Assembly (NCBI RefSeq): GCF_000015025.1
Contig: NC_008578.1
Location: 2,040,001-2,072,000, forward strand
Direction: 5' to 3'
DNA from: Acidothermus cellulolyticus 11B
GTDB taxonomy: Bacteria > Actinomycetota > Actinomycetes > Acidothermales > Acidothermaceae
DNA: 32,000 nucleotides
Numbering within the stretch: position 1 is the first letter of the stretch; every line of letters begins with the position of its first letter. Positions 17,881 through 25,679 of this stretch are shown piece by piece. A program made the translations under genes and the position numbers. Under the pieces are notes generated by a model. That model worked only from the letters and a program-made list of their open reading frames with translations. It ran no database searches and was not told the origin of the DNA.

Positions 17881-18795
17881 CTACCAACCTCTCGCCCGCA
17901 GAAATTCCCGATTGCGCCGCTGGTCGGCGACGAGTGCCTCAAACGGCGTACTCGAATCGGGGATGACGTCCTGCTCCACGACGACCCATCCGCTGTAATC
18001 ACTTGCGGAGACCGCGGCGATAAAAGCATCCAGGTCGACGTCACCGTCGCCGAGGCGACAGAAAATTCCTCGCCGCCACGCCTCCGTCATGTCACACCCG
18101 TCGGTCATGACGCTGCGCATGACGGCAAGACGAGCGTCCTTGACGTGAATCTGGTTGATGCGATCCGTCCAATCGTGCCAGGCCTTCACCGGATCGCCGC
18201 CCCCGAGCAGCAAATGTCCGGTATCGAGACACAACCCTACGTCGGTCGCCTCGAGCAACCGCTCGATTTCCTCCGGTGCCTCGATAAACGTACCGAGGTG
18301 GTGGTGGAACGTGGGCTCGAGATTTCGCTCGCGGCACAGCTCGACGACGACGCGGAGATTCTTGACGAGGCGCCGCCAACCGTCCTCATCGAGCGCGAGG
18401 TCGGTGCGGTGCGCCGCCTGTCCGATGGCGCTCCGCCGCCGAGCATCTCCGGTGACCGCCAGTGTCGGTTTCGGACGCCAGGCGCCGTTGGTAGCGGCCG
18501 CGGCCATGAGATCGAGCGTGGCGCGGATGGTCTCGAGCTCGCGTTGGAGAAGCACATCGTCTGCGAAGTGCGCTTCGAGCCACCCACCCGCCAAGGCAAG
18601 CTCACGATCCGCCAGCCGACGACGCAGTGAGTCGAGATCTCCGAGGTAGCCGGCAGGACCAAGATCGATTCCCTGGTACCCACACTGAACAACCGCATCC
18701 AGCACACTGTCTGCGGCAGGTAGTCCGTTCCCCGACGCAGTCAACTCGAAGACACCGAAGCTCACCGGCGCCGCAGCAACCCGAATCGATACCAT
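17881..18795 (-). CDS. iolE: myo-inosose-2 dehydratase
   Basis: The track ORF 17881-19098 is trimmed to the ATG at 18795, which sits 3 nt after GGAGGG. FHHHLGTFIEAPEEIERLL...LCLDTGHLLLGGGDP...IHVKDAR...LGDGDVDLDAFI...YSGWVVVEQD aligns with the HHHMGT...DTGH...HFKD...PGDGD...GWIVVE blocks of B. subtilis IolE. The upstream 100 codons of the track ORF run through intergenic repeats. Confidence 0.85.
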   Translation of the reverse strand: MVSIRVAAAPVSFGVFELTASGNGLPAADSVLDAVVQCGYQGIDLGPAGYLGDLDSLRRRLADRELALAGGWLEAHFADDVLLQRELETIRATLDLMAAAATNGAWRPKPTLAVTGDARRRSAIGQAAHRTDLALDEDGWRRLVKNLRVVVELCRERNLEPTFHHHLGTFIEAPEEIERLLEATDVGLCLDTGHLLLGGGDPVKAWHDWTDRINQIHVKDARLAVMRSVMTDGCDMTEAWRRGIFCRLGDGDVDLDAFIAAVSASDYSGWVVVEQDVIPDSSTPFEALVADQRRNREFLRARGW

Positions 18796-18808
18796 CGTCC
18801 CTCCAGTT

Positions 18809-18845
18809 AGACCTGACAATATTACGTCTGTATGTGTTGGCGCAA
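18809..18845 (-). promoter_or_regulatory. Putative iolE-operon promoter (-35 TTGCGC, 18-nt spacer, -10 TATTGT) overlapped by an IolR-like decamer
   Basis: On the minus strand, TTGCGC lies at 18845-18840 and TATTGT at 18821-18816. On the plus strand, AGACCTGACA (18809-18818) resembles AGTCTTGACA from the motif at 6532-6541. This call rests on sequence pattern only. Confidence 0.35.
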
Positions 18846-18905
18846 GGGTGTCCGTGCGTGGTGAACGTCTGTATGTGTTGGCGCAAGGGTGTCCGTGCGT
18901 GGTGA
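18824..18905. repeat. Perfect tandem duplication, 2 x 41 nt (ACGTCTGTATGTGTTGGCGCAAGGGTGTCCGTGCGTGGTGA), followed by about 3 decayed copies up to roughly 19030
   Basis: Copies at 18824-18864 and 18865-18905 are identical. Partial or degenerate copies are recognisable at about 18906-18929 (GGCGAGGGCGGCTGTGCACGGTGA), 18944-18976 (ACGTCGCGACGCAAGGGCACCCGTACGTGGTGA) and 18981-19020 (GGGTCTGTACATGGGTAGGCAAGCGTGG...). Confidence 0.9.
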
Positions 18906-19128
18906 GGCGAGGGCGGCTGTGCACGGTGACGTAAGGGGGCTGAACGTCGCGACGCAAGGGCACCCGTACGTGGTGACGCAGGGTCTGTACATGGGTAGGC
19001 AAGCGTGGCTGGCCGTACCGACGCAGACGAGTACGTACCCGCACCGCCTGCCGCCACGGGAAAGTCGCCGGGCGCACGCAGGTCGCAGATCTCACCACCC
19101 GCGGGCCGACGTCTCCCGCCCAGCGTGT

Positions 19129-19674
19129 TCAGCCAACCCCAGCCGCCATGGAGATCTCTGCACCGCTTGGCGTATCGGGCAATCGGATTTCCATGGCAGC
19201 TGGATCGAAGGGGCGGTTATCTGCTGGATCCCCACTTCCGGTGTCAAATTCCAGCCCCGCCTGCCGCGGCGTACGCGCCCTTCGCACATTGACCGGCGCG
19301 ACGGCGGGAACGATGGCTCCGACTTCGTCCATCGCGTCGAACTGATGCTGCGAGCGCAACGTCAGGGCATCGTTGAGGCGGCGCTTCCAGGCAAGCACGT
19401 CGGGGTCGTTGTCCGCCTGGTACCGCCCACCGGCGGCAGCAAAAAGGTGGTCGTGGACGGCACGGGCCGCAGCGATCGCTCGTGCCAACTCGTAATCAAT
19501 CCGCGCGTGCAAACCGCGAAGGACCGCGGGCGGCTCGCCACGGGCTCGGGCCCGGTTGAGCTCACCGATCAGCTCATGCACGGCATTCATGGCCGCGTCG
19601 TACCGGGCAGCCATGGTGGACGGCGACGTGGTGACAGGCTCACCCGCCCGCGGCGAGAGCATGGGTTCCGCCAT
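19129..19674 (-). CDS. Hypothetical protein (181 aa; helical N-terminal half, Pro/Asp/Gly-rich tail)
   Basis: The track ORF 19129-20346 is trimmed to the ATG at 19674, which sits 6 nt after GGAGGTG. The product begins MAEPMLSPRAGEP...AARYDAAMNAVHELIGELNRARARG.... Third-position GC bias is consistent with coding. I do not recognise a family. The upstream part of the long ORF runs through the 21-nt repeat array. Confidence 0.55.
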   Translation of the reverse strand: MAEPMLSPRAGEPVTTSPSTMAARYDAAMNAVHELIGELNRARARGEPPAVLRGLHARIDYELARAIAAARAVHDHLFAAAGGRYQADNDPDVLAWKRRLNDALTLRSQHQFDAMDEVGAIVPAVAPVNVRRARTPRQAGLEFDTGSGDPADNRPFDPAAMEIRLPDTPSGAEISMAAGVG

Positions 19675-19739
19675 TGGCCACCTCCGGTACTCAGAGTTCC
19701 TGTTATCACCATTCCCCGTCGGTGAGGAAAATTCCAGGG

Positions 19740-19865
19740 GGAATGGCGCGCCCGTCCAGCGGATGCGGCGCGCCACCCAGGGGAATAGCGCGCCCACCCG
19801 GGGGATGTGGCGCGTCCGCCGCAGGAAGAGCGCGCTCTCCCTCATTCCGGACGCGCCCTGCCCAG
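19740..19865. repeat. Degenerate tandem array, 6 x 21 nt organised as 3 x 42 nt, each unit centred on a GCGCGC-type palindrome
   Basis: The units are GGAATGGCGCGCCCGTCCAGC, GGATGCGGCGCGCCACCCAGG, GGAATAGCGCGCCCACCCGGG, GGATGTGGCGCGTCCGCCGCA, GGAAGAGCGCGCTCTCCCTCA and TTCCGGACGCGCCCTGCCCAG. The 8-mers GGCGCGCC, GGCGCGCC, AGCGCGCC, GGCGCGTC, AGCGCGCT and GACGCGCC start at 19745, 19767, 19787, 19809, 19829 and 19850, giving spacings of 22, 20, 22, 20 and 21. Confidence 0.85.
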
Positions 19866-20002
19866 CCCCGCGACGTCCGCTGCCCGGCTTGCCTGGCGTA
19901 CGTGCCGCGATTCCGGGGTCCGCTGCCGGGCGTCCGCGGAGTACGCTTCCGGCGATTGCAGAGATAGGTGCCGCCTGCCGCGATCGACCAGAAGGAGGCC
20001 GG

Positions 20003-21292
20003 ATGGCCATCGTCGCCCCGCCCCGCGTCTTCGTCGCCCGTCTCGCCGGCGTCCAAGTCTTCGATCCGAACGGCGACCCGGTCGGGCGGATCCGTGACGT
20101 CGTTGTGCTTCTCCGGCTGGGCGCACAGCAGCCGCGCGTGTTGGGTCTGGTCGTCGAGGTGCCCCCGCGTCGTCCCATCTTCATTCCGATGACGCGGGTC
20201 ACGAGCATCGAGGCCGGCGCGGTCGTTGTGACGGGCGCGGTCAACCTCCGCCGCTTCGCACGTCGGGCGGCGGAAACCCTGGTGCTCGGCGAATTGCTGG
20301 ACCGAAACGTCGTGCTCATCGAGACCGGCGAGACCGTAACCGTCACCGACGTCGCAATGGAACAGACGCGAACCCGCGACTGGTACCTGACGAAGGTTGC
20401 GGTGCGCCGCGGTCGCGGCCGAATGCGCCGCCGGGGCGAAATACAGGTCGTCGACTGGTCGGCCGTGCGCGGCTTGTCGCTGCCGGAGACCAGCCAAGGC
20501 GCGGCGAGTCTCCTCGCAGCCTTCGATCAACTGCGGCCTGCCGACCTTGCCGGGGTCATCCACGATCTCTCAGAGAAGCGGCGCGCCGAAGTTGCTGCCG
20601 CACTGGACGACGAACGCCTTGCCGACGTCCTCGAGGAGCTGCCCGAAGAGGAGCAGGTCGCGATCCTCGCCACCCTCGAAGGGCGCCGCGCCGCCGACGT
20701 GTTGGAGGCGATGGGTCCGGACGACGCCGCCGACCTGCTCGCTGAACTTCCACCGGATGAAGCGGAACGACTGCTGTCCCTCATGGATCCGGAGGAGGCG
20801 GAACCGGTGCGGCGGCTCCTTACCTACTCGGAGAACACCGCTGGCGGGCTGATGACCACCGAACCGGTCATCTTGCCGCCGTCCGCCACCGTTGCGGAGG
20901 CCCTGGCGCGGGTGCGCAATCCGGACCTCACGCCGGCGACGGCGAGTCAGGTCTACGTGTGCCGACCACCCACGGAGACGCCGACCGGCCGTTACCTCGG
21001 TATCGCTCACCTCCAACGGCTGCTCCGCGAACCACCGGGAACCCTCGTCAGCGCCGTCGTCGACACCGACATCGCCCCGCTCCCGCCCTCGGCCCCGCTG
21101 CCCGAGGTCGCGCGGTACCTGGCCACGTATAACCTGGTCGCTATTCCCGTGGTCGATGACGACGATCGACTGCTGGGCGCGGTGACCGTCGACGACGTCC
21201 TCGACCACTTGCTTCCCGAGGGTTGGCGCGACGAAGCCGGCTCCGATGATGTCGCGGACGCCGAGCGGCAGCCCGGTGATCGAGCGAGCTAG
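20003..21292 (+). CDS. Soluble PRC-barrel-like / MgtE N-terminal domain / CBS-pair protein with no MgtE membrane domain (Rv1232c-like)
   Basis: The track ORF is trimmed to the ATG at 20003, which sits 4 nt after GAAGGAGG. The acidic helical MgtE_N region is DLSEKRRAEVAAALDDERLADVLEELPEEEQVAILATLEGRRAADVLEAMGPDDAADLLAELPPDEAERLL. It is followed by GGLMTTEPVIL and two CBS-like repeats. No hydrophobic segments are present. Confidence 0.8.
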   Translation: MAIVAPPRVFVARLAGVQVFDPNGDPVGRIRDVVVLLRLGAQQPRVLGLVVEVPPRRPIFIPMTRVTSIEAGAVVVTGAVNLRRFARRAAETLVLGELLDRNVVLIETGETVTVTDVAMEQTRTRDWYLTKVAVRRGRGRMRRRGEIQVVDWSAVRGLSLPETSQGAASLLAAFDQLRPADLAGVIHDLSEKRRAEVAAALDDERLADVLEELPEEEQVAILATLEGRRAADVLEAMGPDDAADLLAELPPDEAERLLSLMDPEEAEPVRRLLTYSENTAGGLMTTEPVILPPSATVAEALARVRNPDLTPATASQVYVCRPPTETPTGRYLGIAHLQRLLREPPGTLVSAVVDTDIAPLPPSAPLPEVARYLATYNLVAIPVVDDDDRLLGAVTVDDVLDHLLPEGWRDEAGSDDVADAERQPGDRAS

Positions 21293-21365
21293 ACCACAAC
21301 CACACGACGGCGGATTCGACGGCTATTCCGCTACCAGCTGACTCTCAGTAGCACGGGAGGCGAAC

Positions 21366-21974
21366 ATGGCGCGGACGCGTTTTCGTCTCGACCAGCCGGT
21401 TGCTCCGCGACGGGTCACCCTACGCCCTGGTTACGATCCCGAGGCCTTCGGTCGATTCGCCGAACGGTTCGCCCGTTTCATGGGTACCGCCAAATTCGTC
21501 GTGTACATGACGGCCATCGTCATTCTCTGGGTGGCATACAACCTCTTTGTCGGCATCCGCTACTACCACACCCACCATGACTGCACCATTACCCGGGTGA
21601 CGGCGGACAATGAAATTGTCACCACAACGCGCAACATCCCCCGCTGCCAACAAGGGTTGAAGCCGTTCGACCCGTATCCGTTCATCCTGCTGAACTTGTT
21701 CTTCTCCACCCAAGCCTCGTACGCCGCACCGCTGATCCTGCTCGCCCAGAACCGCCAAGCCGACCGGGACCGCGTGCAAATGGAGGAGGACAGAGCCCGG
21801 GCCGAGCGGAACATTGCGGATACCGAGTACCTCACCCGGGAAGTTGCTGCGATCCGGATCGCCCTCGGTGATGTCGCGACCCGGGATTTCGTCCGGGACG
21901 AACTGCGCCGGCTGCTGGAGGAATTCGAGGAGCGACGGGAGCCGGCCACACGGGAAGGCGAGCCGCACCGCTGA
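21366..21974 (+). CDS. DUF1003-family membrane protein (Rv1231c-like)
   Basis: 202 aa with GGGAGG upstream. There are two hydrophobic helices (FVVYMTAIVILWVAYNLFVGI and PFILLNLFFSTQASYAAPLILL). The hallmark is FDPYPFILLNL...LLAQNRQADRDR, followed by a C-terminal charged helix. Confidence 0.8.
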   Translation: MARTRFRLDQPVAPRRVTLRPGYDPEAFGRFAERFARFMGTAKFVVYMTAIVILWVAYNLFVGIRYYHTHHDCTITRVTADNEIVTTTRNIPRCQQGLKPFDPYPFILLNLFFSTQASYAAPLILLAQNRQADRDRVQMEEDRARAERNIADTEYLTREVAAIRIALGDVATRDFVRDELRRLLEEFEERREPATREGEPHR

Positions 21975-22005
21975 TCGGTGCATGCCGCGGCGGAGCCGCC
22001 GGTGT

Positions 22006-23040
22006 TCAGCCCGGCTTCTCCTCATGTCCGCCGAAACCCTTGCGCATCGCCGACAGAATCTTGTTGGCGAAATCGTCCAACCCGCGCGATGCGAACCGGG
22101 AATAGAGAGCCGTCGTGAGAACCGGCGCCGGGACGCCTTCCTCGACCGCCGCGATCGCCGTCCACCTGCCCTCCCCGGAATCCGAGACACGCCCGCCGAA
22201 TTCGGCAAGCTCCGGGGATCGCGCGAGGGCGTCCGCGGTCAGGTCCAGCAACCACGACTGAATGACGCTGCCTCGCCGCCAGACTTCAGCGACCTCCGCT
22301 ACGTCAAACTCGTACCGGTAGAATTCCGGGAATTCAATCGGCGCAGTTTCCGCGTCCGTCGCGACGTGATGCTTTCCAATGTCCGCGCTGTGCAGAATAT
22401 TCAATCCTTCAGCGAGCGCGGCCATCATGCCGTATTCGATGCCGTTGTGCACCATCTTCACGAAATGACCTGCACCCACCGGGCCGCAGTGCAGAAAGCC
22501 GTGCTCCGCATCAGACGGCGTCCCGCTACGGGCCGGTGTCCGCGGCGCGGCCGACACCCCCGGAGCGAGCGCGGCAAAGATCGGGCGCAACCGCGAGACG
22601 ACCTCGGCTTCACCACCGATCATCAAGCAGTACCCTCGCTCCAGACCCCAGACGCCACCGCTGGTGCCGCAATCGACGAAGTGAATCCCACGCGGCGCAA
22701 GCGCGGCCGCGCGTCGAACGTCGTCCCGGTAATAACTGTTGCCGCCGTCAATGATGGTGTCGTCCGCCAACAGCAGCTCGCCGAGCGCGTCGATCGCTTC
22801 TCCGGTCACCTCGCCCGCCGGGAGCATCACCCAGACCGCCCGTGGTGGACTGAGTTTCTCCACCAGCTCGGCAAGCGACGCCGCAGGCGCAGCGCCCTCC
22901 TCGGCAACCGCCCGGACCGCATCCTCGCGGACGTCGTACACAACGCAACGGTGCCCGGCGCGCATCACCCGCCGGGCGATATTCGCGCCCATCCGGCCAA
23001 GACCGACGATGCCGAGTTCCCGCACCTCGTTGGACGTCAT
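22006..23040 (-). CDS. gnd: 6-phosphogluconate dehydrogenase, decarboxylating (short form)
   Basis: The track ORF is trimmed to the ATG at 23040, which sits 6 nt after [22 protein letters not shown] is the Rossmann motif. ...DGGNSYY..., ...FVDCGTSGG... and ...[14 protein letters not shown]... are Gnd signatures. Confidence 0.88.
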   Translation of the reverse strand: MTSNEVRELGIVGLGRMGANIARRVMRAGHRCVVYDVREDAVRAVAEEGAAPAASLAELVEKLSPPRAVWVMLPAGEVTGEAIDALGELLLADDTIIDGGNSYYRDDVRRAAALAPRGIHFVDCGTSGGVWGLERGYCLMIGGEAEVVSRLRPIFAALAPGVSAAPRTPARSGTPSDAEHGFLHCGPVGAGHFVKMVHNGIEYGMMAALAEGLNILHSADIGKHHVATDAETAPIEFPEFYRYEFDVAEVAEVWRRGSVIQSWLLDLTADALARSPELAEFGGRVSDSGEGRWTAIAAVEEGVPAPVLTTALYSRFASRGLDDFANKILSAMRKGFGGHEEKPG

Positions 23041-23089
23041 ATGACCCCACCTCCCCGGCCAGCATGTCACGACCGACGCCGCGCGGCGG

Positions 23090-24334
23090 TCACGGCTCGA
23101 CCACAGCGTTCTTCGCGATGACGACAATCCCGCCCTCGGAGACGGTGAACCGCTCCGCATCGCGCTGCGGATCGACACCGATCGCCGCGCCGTCCGGCAC
23201 CACGACGTTCTTATCGATGATCGCATTTCGGACGACCGCTCCGCGCCCGATATGCACGTTGTCCAACAGCACGCAGCCCTCGATGACCGCACCCCGGTCG
23301 ACGTACACCGACGGCGACAACACCGATCGGCTCACCCGGGCATCCGCGACAATCACGCCGTCGGACAGGAGCGAATCGACCACCGACGTGCCGTCGTGCA
23401 CGATCTTCGCGGGCGGCAGCGGCCGGTGGTGCGTGTATATAGGCCAATCCTGGTTGTAGAGGTTGAAAATCGGGTGCACCGAGACGAGATCCTGGTGGGC
23501 GTCGTAATACGCATCCAGGGTTCCGACGTCACGCCAGTATGCGTGGTCACGCGGTGTCGAACCGGGGACTTGGTTGGTATGGAAGTCGTAAACCGCTGCG
23601 TCGCCCCGCTCCACGAACATCGGAATGATATTTCCGCCCATGTCGTGGGCGGAACGTTCGTCAGCCGCATCGCGGATGACCGCATCCAGCAGCGCCGCCG
23701 TCGTGAAGCAGTAATTCCCCATCGACGCGAAGACCTCGTCCGGTGCGTCCGGGAGACCGAGACCCTCGGTATCCGCCGGTTTTTCCAAGAACCGAGCGAC
23801 GCGACGCCCACGCTCCGGCCCGGACGCCGCCGGCTGAATCACCCCGAACGCGTGGGCGTCCTTGCGCGGCACCCGGACGGCGGCCACGGTGACCGACGCC
23901 CCGGAAGCGATGTGCTCCTCCAGCATCTGGCGCGGATCCATGCGGTAAATATGGTCCGCCCCGAAGACGAGGATGTAATCCGGCTGCTCGTCGTACACCA
24001 GGTTGAGGCTCTGGAAAATTGCGTCCGCAGAGCCGGAGAACCACCGTGGTCCGACCCGCTGCTGTGCAGGGACCGGAGTGACGTAGTTGCCGAGCAGGGT
24101 GGACATGCGCCACGTCGTAGTGATGTGCCGGTCTAGGCTGTGGTTCTTGTACTGGGTGAGCACGACAATCTTGAGGAAGCCGGCATTGGCCAGATTTGAC
24201 AACACGAAATCGATGAGCCGGTAAATGCCGCCGAAGGGGACGGCAGGTTTCGCCCGGTCCGCGGTGAGCGGCAGGAGCCGGCGTCCCTGACCGCCGGCGA
24301 GCACGATGCCGAGCACACGCTGTCGGTTCGCCAT
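23090..24334 (-). CDS. glgC: Glucose-1-phosphate adenylyltransferase
   Basis: 414 aa. [40 protein letters not shown] and the C-terminal left-handed beta-helix repeats are present. Confidence 0.93.
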   Translation of the reverse strand: MANRQRVLGIVLAGGQGRRLLPLTADRAKPAVPFGGIYRLIDFVLSNLANAGFLKIVVLTQYKNHSLDRHITTTWRMSTLLGNYVTPVPAQQRVGPRWFSGSADAIFQSLNLVYDEQPDYILVFGADHIYRMDPRQMLEEHIASGASVTVAAVRVPRKDAHAFGVIQPAASGPERGRRVARFLEKPADTEGLGLPDAPDEVFASMGNYCFTTAALLDAVIRDAADERSAHDMGGNIIPMFVERGDAAVYDFHTNQVPGSTPRDHAYWRDVGTLDAYYDAHQDLVSVHPIFNLYNQDWPIYTHHRPLPPAKIVHDGTSVVDSLLSDGVIVADARVSRSVLSPSVYVDRGAVIEGCVLLDNVHIGRGAVVRNAIIDKNVVVPDGAAIGVDPQRDAERFTVSEGGIVVIAKNAVVEP

Positions 24335-24482
24335 GACCGGAACTTATCGAATAGCCGGGTCCGACGTCGGGCGTTCCGCGCGTCGGCGGGTCGTCGGGTG
24401 CGCAACCGACCGCAACGCCCGTGACCGGCGATCAACCGCGTGCCGCTCATGGCCGCCGGCCGACCGGCTAAGGTAACGGACC

Positions 24483-25679
24483 ATGAAAGTGGCGCTGCTC
24501 AGCCGCGAATACCCACCCGAGGTTTACGGCGGGGCGGGAGTGCACGTCGAGTACCTCGCCCGGGAACTGCGCCGGCTCCTCGACCAGGTCACCGTGCACT
24601 GCTTCGGAAATCCGCGCTCGGAGCCGGGGGTGTACGCCCACAGTGCCGACCCGCGGCTCGTCGACGCCAAGGCGAACGCGGCACTGCTCACCCTGTCGAC
24701 CGACCTGGCGATGGCGGCAATGCTCGGTGCCGCCGACATCGTGCACTCCCATACCTGGTACGCCAATTTCGGCGGTCACCTCTCGAAGTTGCTGTACGGA
24801 ATTCCGCATGTCGTCACGACGCACTCGCTGGAACCGCTGCGACCCTGGAAGGCCGAGCAACTGGGGGGCGGGTACGCGCTGTCGCTCTTCGCCGAGAAGA
24901 CGGCATTGGAGGCCGCCGACGCCATCATCGCTGTCTCCCAGGGCATGGCTCAGGACGTCGCCCGCTGCTATCCGGCGGTGCAACCGAACCGCATCCACGT
25001 TGTGCACAACGGCATCGATCCGGAGGAGTACCGCCCGACACCGGATGACGGACTGCTGGCGAGGTATGGCATCGACCCAACGCGACCCATCGTGCTCTTC
25101 GTCGGACGGATCACCAGACAGAAGGGATTGCCGTACCTGCTCCGTGCCGCCCAAGACGTGCGACCGGCCGCTCAACTCGTGCTGCTCGCGAGCGCGGCGG
25201 ACACGCCGGAGATTGCCGCCGAGGTCGAAGCCGGAATCGCCCGACTGCAGGAAGCCCGTAGCGGAGTGGTCTGGATTCGGCGGATGGTGCCGAAATCGGA
25301 GCTCATCCGGTTGCTCACCGCAGCCAGCGTTTTCGTCTGCCCGTCCATTTATGAGCCGATGGGAATCGTGAACCTCGAAGCGATGGCCTGCGAAACGGCG
25401 GTGGTGGCGACTCGGACGGGCGGAATCCCGGAAGTCGTGGTGGACGGCGAGACCGGCGTGCTGGTACCGATCGACCCCGACCCAACCGACCCGTACGGCG
25501 CGCCTCGCGACGCCGGCGCCTTCGCGTCCGCCCTCGCGGCCGCCATCAACACGCTGCTGGACAACCCGGAGCAGGCCGTGGAACTCGGCCGAAACGGACG
25601 GCGCCGCGCGATCGAGAAATTTAGCTGGACGGCGATCGCCAACCGGACCGTCGAAATCTACCGGTCGGTGCTCGGGTAG
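24483..25679 (+). CDS. glgA: ADP-glucose-dependent glycosyltransferase family 4 glycogen synthase (GlgA / GlgM type)
   Basis: 398 aa. MKVALLSREYPPEVYGGAGVHVEYLAREL and the GT4 C-terminal E-x7-E region (PSIYEPMGIVNLEAMAC) are present. It is divergent from glgC, as in mycobacteria. Confidence 0.88.
   Translation: MKVALLSREYPPEVYGGAGVHVEYLARELRRLLDQVTVHCFGNPRSEPGVYAHSADPRLVDAKANAALLTLSTDLAMAAMLGAADIVHSHTWYANFGGHLSKLLYGIPHVVTTHSLEPLRPWKAEQLGGGYALSLFAEKTALEAADAIIAVSQGMAQDVARCYPAVQPNRIHVVHNGIDPEEYRPTPDDGLLARYGIDPTRPIVLFVGRITRQKGLPYLLRAAQDVRPAAQLVLLASAADTPEIAAEVEAGIARLQEARSGVVWIRRMVPKSELIRLLTAASVFVCPSIYEPMGIVNLEAMACETAVVATRTGGIPEVVVDGETGVLVPIDPDPTDPYGAPRDAGAFASALAAAINTLLDNPEQAVELGRNGRRRAIEKFSWTAIANRTVEIYRSVLG

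Noticed and set aside
18796-19098. N-terminal 101-codon extension of iolE in the track ORF 17881-19098
   Set aside because: The extension is translated straight through the 41-nt tandem repeats and is Arg/His/Pro-rich. The internal ATG at 18795 has a GGAGGG Shine-Dalgarno, and homology to IolE begins there.
6414-19865. Tandem repeats as possible CRISPR arrays or mobile-element ends
   Set aside because: The units are directly adjacent with no spacers and their lengths are 21-42 nt. No cas, transposase or integrase genes are present, and there are no terminal inverted repeats or target-site duplications.
19866-20002. Possible Mg2+ (M-box) or other riboswitch in the long leader of the MgtE_N/CBS gene
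   Set aside because: Only a vague GGTGAGG-like string lies nearby, at 19720-19726. I could not find the set of conserved M-box segments or a convincing multi-stem architecture by eye. A covariance-model (Rfam) scan would be needed.
19675-20346. Upstream 224 codons of ORF 19129-20346, and plus-strand ORF 19674-19967 with a heptad-like GMARPSS/GCGAPPR repeat
   Set aside because: The apparent peptide repeats are simply the 21-nt DNA repeat read in frame. The region also overlaps the well-supported MgtE_N/CBS gene on the other strand. An internal ATG with a good Shine-Dalgarno explains the real gene.
21975-22005. Terminator between the convergent DUF1003 and gnd genes
   Set aside because: Only a 5-bp CGGCG/CGCCG stem with a 4-nt loop can be drawn. 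This is too weak to call.
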